From assembly GCA_951406725.2 (NCBI GenBank), contig OX597827.1, forward strand, positions 57,474,001-57,538,000: a DNA stretch of 64,000 nucleotides. The letters run 5' to 3'. Positions 54,453-64,000 of the stretch are shown piece by piece. Positions within the stretch are counted from its first letter, which is position 1, and each line of letters begins with the position of its first letter. The DNA is from Octopus vulgaris. Its lineage: Eukaryota. The notes below the pieces were generated by a model that made no database searches, was not told the DNA's origin, and saw only the letters and a program-made list of their open reading frames with translations. The position numbers were made by a program, and so were the translations under genes.

Positions 54453-55264
54453 ATCTAGATCAGTTGTTCCCAACCTGGTGTCTGTGGACCTCTGGTGGTC
54501 TCCAAAGGTAGTAATGGGGTCCGTGAACTAAATTCAAAATCTCATGTATATGTGTGTGTGTATATAATATATATATTTTTTTTTTTTAAATCTTAAGGAA
54601 TAATAAGTATTCCAGGTTATCAGGACATATACTATTTTACACGTTACTAATGCAATGTAAACAGTATCATTTATAATATTATTACAAATTTGGGATTTTA
54701 CCACTAGAACCGCAACTCCTGGATTTATGTATTAGGTATAGCCTGGATAAACACACCACCAGCGCAGAAACATGTGTAGCGTTGATTAAAAATATCTTCT
54801 TTCCCCACAGATAATTTAGGTTTTTTTCACTATTGCGAAATAATAATCATTGAATTGGTTTTTTTAAGCTTAAAAAAGGCTTTTATTTTACCATGTCTTA
54901 TTGCAAACTGCATTCATAAATAAGGCATCGACAATGTACAGTAAATACCACCAAATTGTATTCGTAAATTTAGATTACCTTTTTTTTTTACTGTTCTGTA
55001 TTTGAAAATAAAAATTATTTGTTTGTAAGCTTAGAATAAGTTTTTATTAACCATGTGTTACTGAAAATGCATTCATAAATAAAGTACAGAACTGGGAATG
55101 GTTATTATCAGTTTAGCCTAGTAGAGACAAGTTAATTCAACTTAAGTCGTGTCTCCTGGAACCAATTAAGGACATAGGGTGAGGTATGCCTGTATATGTT
55201 TTTGTGCATTCCAAACAATGAATATGTGATCTGAAAGTCATATCAATGGGCAAGTTGACTTTTT

Positions 55265-55490
55265 AAGGTAGCAAGCTGGCTGAAATGTTAGCACACTAGG
55301 CGAAATGCTTAGCGGTATTTCGGCTGTCTTTACGTTCCGAGTTCAAATTCTGCCGAGGTCGACTTTAACTTTCATCCTTTCGGGGTCAATAAATTAAGTA
55401 CCAGTTACACACTGGGGTCTATGTAATCGATTTAATCCCTTTGTCTGTTCTTGTTTGTCCTCTATGTTTAGCCCCTTGTGGGCAATAAAA
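55265..55490 (+). mobile_element. tRNA-derived SINE family B
   Basis: Near-identical to 949-1176. Confidence 0.8.
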
Positions 55491-55789
55491 ATTTTTTTTT
55501 TAATTTTTAAAAAATAAGTTGACTTTTTTTAATCTTAAATTAGTGCTTACAAATGTTTAATATCATGTGTATATATGTGTGTAAGTTCATAAGCTAATGA
55601 TTGAATAGATAAGTATTAAAGAACTTAATATGTGCTATCAAGCAGGGTGCAATAAAGTATATAAGAATTATTTTTTTATTCCTTATAAAAAGACCTGTTT
55701 ATTCTAAAATTGATTTTCCTTTTTTTGACAAGTAGAAAATTTCCAACAAAACTTGTTACATCTCTCTGTAATAAGCAAAGAATAAATCT

Positions 55790-56015
55790 GCACACACATA
55801 ATTTAAAAGGCTTATATCAATAAACAATTGATGACTCAGTCTTGTCTTGGGTGCACATGCAGAGATAAATCAAAATAGGATAGGTATGCAATATATCCTC
55901 TATTGTTTATGAAGCACAGGCATTGGTAGGCTATGGCAATGGCCAGATAGAGAACAAGCATTATATTGGATCCATGGAAAGAAAATTTAAATCCAGATAC
56001 AACAACCACCTTTCA
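55790..56015 (+). mobile_element. Penelope-like GIY-YIG endonuclease relic
   Basis: CTCRDKSK...KHYIGSMERKFKSRYNNH. Confidence 0.65.
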
Positions 56016-56421
56016 TTTCTCTCCTGTCAACTTTTCACCAAAGAACTTTGTCTAAAACATTCAATTTTCCTCTCCCCATGGTATGTTCACAGTACTATTT
56101 TCATCAATTTTACTTAAGATACAATACAGGCCAACACTAGTTTCCTTGGAATCTGTTTGATCATGTGTTTCAATTGAAAAACTTGAAATGCTCTTTATAT
56201 GGTTCACTAGTTTAGCAAGTATTTGACTGACAATCCCAGTAAAATAGTGATTACAATGAGAGAGCCTTTCAAGACTATCCAACAATAATATTGATACCAA
56301 CAAAACTAATAAATGTATCATAAACATCTTTTTAGTCATCTACTAGCTTCTTTATTGACTTTTTTTATCTGAAAAATATTTCATTTATTTTGTTTTTGTT
56401 TTTGTTTTTTAATCTTTACAG

Positions 56422-56529
56422 AATTCATCTAAAATTCCTCCACGCCTCGTTGCTGTTAGTAAAACTAAACCAGTTGAAATGATCATCAGTGCTTACAATA
56501 ATGGACAGTTGCACTTTGGGGAAAATTAT
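56422..56529 (+). CDS. PLPBP: PLPBP coding exon 2
   Basis: [36 protein letters not shown], with the PLP-binding Lys motif AVSKTKP and FGENY; AG/GT boundaries. Confidence 0.95.
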
Positions 56530-57483
56530 GTATGTAGCTGCAAGCAATTCTTTTCTTTTAGTCAATTTTACTGAGTTCATTCATTTGCTTTACATCACAA
56601 TCTCTAACTAATACATGTATACCTTCTCCTTGACTTACGACCAAGTTCCATTCTAACTGACAGGCCATAAGTCGTATGTCAGATTTGTATTTTTCAACAT
56701 TATTCTCATTTAAACACAACTGATGCTTGAAAGCAACTGAGTGAGAGACAGTGATGGGCAGTGGATGCCTGGGTCTGAATGAGACCTGCATTGCCAGATG
56801 CTGTGATAGTTATCACACACACACAGCTGCCCAATGTCTGAAAATTTATTTTTTGTTCATTTATTTATATCTATCTATTTATTTTTTGTGGTCATAAGTG
56901 CAGATGGTCGTCAGTCACATAGGTGGTAAGTCAAGCAGAAGATGTATATTATATTATTAAACTCTGTCACAAGCTTAAGTCTGAAAACAGAATGTTTATG
57001 AATTACATATTGGTGCAGATATGGCTATTTGGTTAAGAAGCTCACTTTGCATGTGGTTTTATGTTCAATCCCACTACATGGCACTGTGTATAAATGTCTT
57101 CTACTACAATCCCAGACCAACCAAGGCCTAGTGGCTGAATTTCGCAGACCAAATGTGTATGAAGTCCATGATGATGACATACACAGGGTACAGGGAATAT
57201 ATTGTTGTCTAAATTATACAAAAAGGTAAAATAACACTGACATCTCACTTTAACAGTTTTTCCTCATAGTAATATTTTGTATCATTACCTATTTCCTTAC
57301 ATATCATACACTTCTGGTAAGCTGTCTTCATTTGTCATTGAGACACTGACATGATACATCTAAATAGTCTGAAATTCTCTTTGAAATTCTTCTTTCTTTG
57401 TTCCCAAGTTATTTCTACAAAGGATATCTACACACAATAACTTTATAAATTTGTATCATTACAATATTTTTTTCCCCACACAG

Positions 57484-57519
57484 ATTCAAGAGATAGAAGC
57501 AAAAGGAAACCATCCTGAT
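57484..57519 (+). CDS. PLPBP: PLPBP coding exon 3 (36 nt)
   Basis: IQEIEAKGNHPD; polypyrimidine-CAG acceptor, GTAAGT donor. Confidence 0.9.
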
Positions 57520-57594
57520 GTAAGTAAACACTTAAAAACTTTAAACTGTTAATTATCAAAATAGTGAACCACTAACACATTAAGTAGCTTAAAC

Positions 57595-58410
57595 CAGTGG
57601 TTCTCAGGTAGGGTGCATATGGACCCTGGGTATCCACACAGGCAAAGTAGCAAATTGGAGATCTACAGTAATAGTTTAAGGGTCCATGAAAATATTTTGC
57701 TTCAAACATATTCATTGCCAGAAGCAGCTACATTTTTTTCTCTTGCGTTTTACATAGTTATGTTTCCAGCCACTGAAATGTGTTCCTTCAGAGGGTATCA
57801 TTGCAGGAATTTCAAAAAGAAGTTTATAAAACTAGTTATTTAACATCATCATCATCGTTTAACGTCCGTTTTCCGGTTCAACGGGGGTCTGGGAAGCCAG
57901 GAGGCTGCACAAGGCTCCTGTCTGATCTGGCAGTGTTTCTACAGCTGGATACCCTTCCTAACGCCAACCACTCTGTGAGTGTAGTGGGTGCTTTTTACGT
58001 GCCACCAGCACGGAAGCCAGTCAAGGCGGCACTGACATCGGCCACGTTCAGATGGTGCTTTTTACATGCCACCGACACAGGTATCACAACTACAATTTCT
58101 ATTTGATTTTGATGTTGATGTACTTGACTCAATAGGTCTCCTCAAGCACAGCCGGTCGCCCTACGATCCAAAGTAAGCGCAGCTGGTCGCCCAACAATCC
58201 AAGGTAAGCACAGCAGGCTATCCTGCGATCCAGGGTACTTTGGATGGGCTGGGGCTGCTATGTGAAGCTGGTGCAGAAAACAACCATGAACTCACGTTAT
58301 TTGTCGGGTCATCACAGTCACAGCATATCTCCAGAGATCTTGGTCTTTTGTCATTGCCTCTTAACAGTAATCAAAGGGGTCCTTAGATAAAAAATGGTCG
58401 AGAACCCCTG
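57595..58410. mobile_element. hAT MITE with a nested RTE-tail retroelement
   Basis: CAGTGGTTCTC...GAGAACCCCTG; TSD GCTTAAAC/GTTTAAAC. Confidence 0.75.
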
Positions 58411-59590
58411 GTTTAAACTGGAAATTGTTGAAATAATAAACCATTAACACAATGAACAGTTTAAAAAGTAAATAGCTGAAATGTTAAACCACTGATATAC
58501 TTAATTGTTTAAAACTGTTAAGCGTTTGAAATAGTAAAGCACTAACACAGTTAACAGTATAAATGGTTAACTACTAGCACAGTTAACTTTTCAAACTATA
58601 TATTGTTGAAATGGTAAACTATGGACAGTTGTTTTAATCCTTTAGCATATAAACTGGCCACATCAGGCCTAAGTATTTTTTATTCTTTATGTTCAAACCA
58701 GCTGGATCCAGCCTTTCACACCTATCCTACAATAAAATTAAATAATCACATCATCGAAATCTCATAACTGCAAGATAATGCATGATTAATCAAAACAATG
58801 CAAATAAACAAGAATTTACATTTGACAGAGTAATCTGAATACTAAAGGATTAAAACCATAAAATGTTGAAATGAAATGGTAAGCCACTGGAACAGCAGTT
58901 AACTGTTTAACCTTTTCGTTACCAACCCAGCTGAAACCAGCTCTGGCTCTTCAGTACAAATGTCTAGTTTTCATAAGTTTGGAATTAAAATCTCCCACCA
59001 AACCTTAGTCACAATTCATGTTCCTAATACCAGCTGAATGATAACTAAGTTATTTTACTAAATTCTTTGTTATATTTAATGTAATTGAAAGAAACACAGA
59101 GCATCTCGAAATAAATACAGTAACGAAAGGGTTAAATTGTAAATGGTTAATGTGATAAACAATTGATATTGTGAGCATGGATAAAGAGAGTTCCGTAGAG
59201 ATGCAGTATTGAGATGAGAAAAATGCTAAGTGCAAGTTTCAGAAATAGTAACCATCTCTTCAGAAAAAGTTATATCTTGGCAAACTGGCAGTGTAAATGA
59301 AACTAGGACATAGATTTCCTGTTTTTAGAGCTATTTTCTTAAAAGAGCAAAACAAAGCAGGAGAGGAGATAGCACTTGTAGGTTCCTATCCTCTTCCATA
59401 ATACGAAGACGAGTCAGAAAGTACTGCATTTGTTATTGGCATTGCTTTTTGACTTGTCCTCATTTATACAAAGATTAATCAAAAAGTAATGCATATAAAA
59501 TTTAAAACTAGTTTATTCACATTTTTCAATATTCTTATGGAAGGGATGCATAGGAATGTATGTTATTAAAATAAAACAAATTTAAAATCC

Positions 59591-60004
59591 GGATCTTTTC
59601 GGTTTGAACGGCAGTTTTTAACATAATTTCTAGGTAACTAAAAAATTTTAAACTTCGTATACTGGTAGAATGTGTTTATAAAACATCTTTTTCTCTTAGC
59701 TTTATTGAGAAAATTCTATAGTTTGTAAGATATTTGTTATTTTTTTCTTCAATTTCTGCAATTTCAACCAATCAATGACGTCTATTGAGGTGAAAACATT
59801 CTGTGCCGTATGAATATGTCCCTCGTTTAAGAAATAGATTGGGTTTATTTACATTTGTGAAGAAAAAAAGTTACCTTCCCCCCACCCCTAACCCTAACCC
59901 TAAAACGGATTGAAATGCAATAGATCGATATGAGGGTCATAATTATGGGTGACAATTTCATATGACGCTGCTAGAAAAAACTGCCGTTCAAACCAAAAAG
60001 ATCC
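59591..60004. mobile_element. Merlin-like MITE, inverse orientation to the 8551 copy
   Basis: Same TIR; 8-bp TSD TAAAATCC/TAAAATTC. Confidence 0.8.
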
Positions 60005-60073
60005 TAAAATTCTGTTATGAAAATCAATTTCTAATTTTCTTTTCCTATTCTTTTATTGTCTTACATTTTTCAG

Positions 60074-60149
60074 ATTGTAGCCCAATGTAAAAATATCAAA
60101 TGGCATTTCATTGGCAACCTGCAGCGTAACAAAATAAATAAATTACTTA
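60074..60149 (+). CDS. PLPBP: PLPBP coding exon 4 (gene continues beyond the window)
   Basis: IVAQCKNIKWHFIGNLQRNKINKLL with the WHFIG.LQ.NK motif; CAG/GTAAGT boundaries. Confidence 0.95.
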
Positions 60150-60288
60150 GTAAGTATACAGTTACATACTTAGATAAGTTTTGACCTGCATTGGCCCAGG
60201 CCATGTCTAACTTAATAGCACTTCCTGGATGTGGATGTGTGTGTGTGCAGAGGTGCACTCCAATGTGTTTGTACTTGTTTCCTCTTTT

Positions 60289-60400
60289 CCTTGTTTCAGT
60301 CATTTGATTGTGGCCATGCTGGAGCACAGCCCTTAGTTGAGTAAATCGCTCCCAGGACTTATTCTTTGTAAGCCTAGTACTTATTCTGTCGGACTCTTTT
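60289..60400 (-). mobile_element. Family A SINE 3' part, truncated at the satellite junction
   Basis: Matches family A up to ...CTCTTTTG, then switches to satellite sequence. Confidence 0.75.
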
Positions 60401-60821
60401 GTTGAAAATTTTCGTAAAATTATTGGGTAAAATTTTCAATGAAAATTTTCGAAAAATTTTTTGGGAAAATTTTCTGTGAAAATTTTCTAAAAATTTTTTG
60501 AGAAAATTTTCGAAAAATTTTGGGGGAAAGTTTCAAAAAATTTTCGGGTAAAATTTTCGGTGATTTTGGCACCATTGGTCTTCCATACTTTATGATTTTG
60601 GCACCTCTGGCCTTCCATACTTTGTGATTTTGGCACCGCTGGCTTTCCATACTTTGTAATTTTGGCACCGCTGGCATTCCATACTTTGGGGAAAATTTTC
60701 GAAAAATCTTTGGGTAAATTTATCGTTAAAAATTTTCGTAATATTTTCGTGGAAAATTTGGGGAAAATTTTCGGCAAAAGTTTTCGAAAAATTTTGGTGA
60801 AAATTTTTGGGGAAAATTTTC

Positions 60822-61030
60822 GGAATCCCGTATAACGAATATGCTCCATATGCTGATGTCTATAAACTTCGATATGGTCATAATTGTTAAGTGTAAAGTA
60901 GAATCTGGTGTATCGTTGATTGTGAGGCATCTTGACTGTAATATTAAACCAGAATTCACTCTATACAAAGAAAGCAGCAGAAGCAGCCACCTAAAATTCT
61001 ATTTTTAGCCATAACATCTATTTTTAGCTT
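60822..61030 (-). pseudogene. CRESS-DNA-virus-like ori plus 5' rep fragment, copy 1
   Basis: TAATATTAC (60938-60946), 7 nt, then ATG (60930) MPHNQRYTRFYFTLNNYDHIEVYRHQHMEHIRY. Confidence 0.6.
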
Positions 61031-61112
61031 GGGGAAAATTTTCGAAAAATTTTCGGGAAAATTTTCGAAAAATCTTTGGGGAAAATTTGTGGTGAAAATT
61101 TTCGAAAATTTT

Positions 61113-61312
61113 CGGAAACCCATATAACGAATATGCTCCATATGCTGATGTCTATAAACGTCGATATGGTCATAATTGTTAAGTGTAAAGTAGAATCTGG
61201 TGTATCGTTGATCATGAGGCATCTTAACTGTAATATTAAACCAGAATTCACTCTATACAAAGAAAGCAGCCACCTAAAATTCTATTTTTAGCCATAACAT
61301 CTATTTTTAGCT
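61113..61312 (-). pseudogene. CRESS-like ori plus 5' rep fragment, copy 2
   Basis: TAATATTAC (61230-61238); ATG 61222; MPHDQRYTRFYFTLNNYDHIDVYRHQHMEHIRYMGF. Confidence 0.6.
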
Positions 61313-62150
61313 CGGGAAAATTTTCAAAAAATTTTTGGGGAAAATTTTTGATGATTTTGGCACCTCTGGCTTTCCATACTTTGTGATTTTGGCAGCGCTA
61401 GCTTTCCATACTTTATGATTTCGGCACCACTAGGTATCCATACTTTGGGATGTTGGCACCACTGATTTTCCATACTTTGGGGAAAATTTTTGTTGAAAAT
61501 TTTCGTAAAATTATTGGGTAAAATTTTCTAAAATTTTTTGGGAAAATTTTCGGCAAAAATGTTCCAAAAATTTTCGTAAAATTTTTGGGGAAAATTTTCC
61601 AAATATTTTTAGGTAAAATTTTCGGTGAAAATTTTCTAAAAATTTTTGGTGTAAAATTTTTGGTGAAAATTTTGGAAAAATTTTTGGGTAAAATTTTCAG
61701 GTAAAATTTTTGGTGATTTAGGCACCATTGGTCTTCCATACTTTATGATTTTGGCACCTCTTGCCTTCCATACTTTGTGATTTTGGCACCGCTGGCTTTC
61801 CATACTTTGTAATTTTAGCACTGCTGGCTTTCCATACTTTGGGGAAAAATTTCGGAGAAAATTTTCGAAAAATCTTTGGGTGAATTTTTCGGCAAAAGTT
61901 TTTGAAAAATTTTGGGGGAAAATTTTCGGAATCCCATATAACGAATATGCTCCATATGCTTATGTCTATAAACGTCGATATGGTCATATTTGGTCATATT
62001 TTTAGCCATAACATCTATTTTTAGCTCGGGGAAAATTTTCGAAAAACTTTTGGGGAAAATTTTCGATGGAAATTTTCGAAAAATTTTTGGGTAAAATTTG
62101 TGGTGAAAATTTTCGAAAATTTTTGGGTAAAATTTCCAATGAAAATTTTC

Positions 62151-62360
62151 GGAAACCCATATAACGAATATGCTCCATATGCTGATGTCTATAAACGTCG
62201 ATATGGTCATAGTTGTTAAGTGTAAAGTAGAATCTGGTGTATTGTTGATCGTGAGGCATCTTAACTGTAATATTAAACCAGAATTCACTCTATACAAAGA
62301 AAGCAGCAGAAGCAGCCACCTAAAATTCTATTTTTAGCCATAACATCTATTTTTAGCTCG
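62151..62360 (-). pseudogene. CRESS-like ori plus 5' rep fragment, copy 4 (copy 3 at 61928-62030 is internally deleted)
   Basis: TAATATTAC (62267-62275); ATG 62259; MPHDQQYTRFYFTLNNYDHIDVY. Confidence 0.6.
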
Positions 62361-64000
62361 GGGAAAATTTTCGAAAAATTTTTGGGGAAAATTTTTGAAA
62401 AGTTTTTGGGTAAAATTTTCGATAATTTTGGCACCACTGGCTTTCCATACTTTGTGATTTTGGCAGCGCTATCTTTCCATACTTTATGATTTCGACACCG
62501 CTAGGTATCCATACTTTGGGATGTTGGCACCACTGATTTTCCATACTTTGGGGAAAATTTTTGTTGAAAATTTTCGTAAAATTATTGGGTAAAATTTTCT
62601 AAAATTTTTTGGGAAAATTTTCTAAAAATTTTTTGAGAAAATTTTCGGCAAAAATGTTCCAAAAATTTTCGTAAAATTTTTGGGGAAAATTTTCCAAATA
62701 TTTTTAGGTAAAATTTTCGGTGAAAATTTTCTAAAAATTTTTGGGTAAAATTTTTGGTGAAAATTTTAGAAAGATTTTTGGTGAAAATTTTGGAAAAATT
62801 TTTGGGTAAAATTTTCAGGTAAAATTTTTGGTGATTTAGGCACCATTGGTCTTCCATACTTTATGATTTTGGCACCTCTTGCCTTCCATACTTTGTGATT
62901 TTGGCACCGCTGGCTTTCCATACTTTGTGATTTTGGCAGCGCTATCTTTCCATACTTTATGATTTCGACACCGCTAGGTATCCATACTTTGGGATGTTGG
63001 CACCACTGATTTTCCATACTTTGGGGAAAATTTTTGTTGAAAATTTTCGTAAAATTATTGGGTAAAATTTTCAGCAAAAATGTTCGAAAAATTTTTGCGG
63101 AAAATCTTCGTAAAATTTTTGGGAAAAATTTTCTGTGAAAATTTTCCAAAAATTTTTAGGTAAAATTTTCTAAAAATTTTCTGGTAAAATTTTTGGTAAA
63201 AATTTTACAAAGATTTTTAGGTAAAATTTTGGAAAAATTTCTGGGTAAATTTTCGAAAAATTTTGGGGTAAAATTTTCGGTGATTTTGGCACCATTGGTC
63301 TTCCATACTTTATGATTTTGGCACCTCTGGCCTTCCATACTTTGTAATTTTGGCACCGCTGGCTTTCCATACTTTGTAATTTTGGCACCGCTGGCTTTCC
63401 ATACTTTGGGGAAAAATCTTTGGGTAAATTTATTGTTGAAAATTTCTGTAAAATTTTCGATGGGGAAAACTATTTTTTTCAAGTATAATATATCTGATGG
63501 TGTTTCATTAGATTACATATTTTTACAGCTGCATGTCCTGTCTAACTGCTATGCACCAAACAATGGTGATACAACTGACAAATCTATCCAGATTAAAATC
63601 ATATAAATATCTGAAATGAATCGATGTTGTTCATTAAGATTATAAATTTTCAGGCTATTAACCTTTCTTTTGAGATGAAAAATCTTTCGTCTATAAATAT
63701 GAGATCAATAGTCTGCAAAATACTAATCTTATTACTTGGTCATTAGTACTTGTAGCAGAGCCTAAGCTCACTGGAAGTCTCACTGTCTGCTTGCTGCTTG
63801 ACAAATATTTATCAGTTCAATTTTTCATATGATTACAGCAGTGGGATATTCCGCTCTGTGGTAATTGCTCACAGTAATCTCAATAGAGCTGTTGAACGTT
63901 AAGTAGTGTTTTGACTGTGAACACAATGCAGTGCTAATGAGAAGCTATGAATTGCTATCCTCTCAGCTGGTCATCACAGCTCTCAATAGCTTTGATGAAG

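Larger units (their letters stand above)
60400..63469. repeat. Complex higher-order satellite: GAAAATTTTC matrix, 32-bp arrays and ori/rep-like cassettes
   Basis: Anchor TTGTTGAAAATTTTCGTAAAATTATTGGGT recurs at ~60399, ~61490, ~62561 and ~63034. Confidence 0.92.

Noticed and set aside
60561-63410. 32-bp repeats as a CRISPR array
   Set aside because: Units are contiguous with only ~7 variable nt, variants recur between blocks, there are no cas genes, and the context is a eukaryotic intron.
60420-63482. Many K/F/I/P-rich ORFs in the satellite as genes
   Set aside because: They are translations of the GAAAATTTTC matrix and 32-mers; only the ~36-aa FTLNN segment is informative.
63515-63560. Candidate PLPBP exon 5 after TTTTTACAG
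   Set aside because: The phase-compatible frame stops after four codons and lacks the expected xETVDS motif; the exon probably lies beyond the window.

Overview
Eukaryotic, repeat-rich genomic DNA, most likely an octopus or other coleoid cephalopod. This is inferred from the tRNA-derived SINE families, the dense microsatellites and the spliced metazoan genes. Two genes sit head-to-head with 197 bp between their start codons. One is a complete 7-exon HSPA13 (Hsp70-13/STCH, 432 aa, minus strand, 29561-48137). The other is the first four coding exons of PLPBP/PROSC (plus strand, from 48335, continuing past the window). The rest is SINEs, decayed LINEs (R4/Dong, RTE, Tx1-like), Penelope-like fragments carrying hammerhead-ribozyme motifs, DNA-transposon relics and MITEs (Tc1/mariner, hAT, Merlin, piggyBac-type), and an LTR with a tRNA-Trp primer-binding site. 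The most unusual element is a ~3.1 kb higher-order satellite in PLPBP intron 4 (60400-63469). It repeats a cassette with the CRESS-DNA-virus origin nonanucleotide TAATATTAC 7 nt upstream of a truncated Rep-like N-terminus (motif I, FTLNN). The cassettes are interleaved with 32-bp repeat arrays in a palindromic GAAAATTTTC matrix. All calls were made by eye without database searches; repeat boundaries are approximate unless a TSD or TIR is given.
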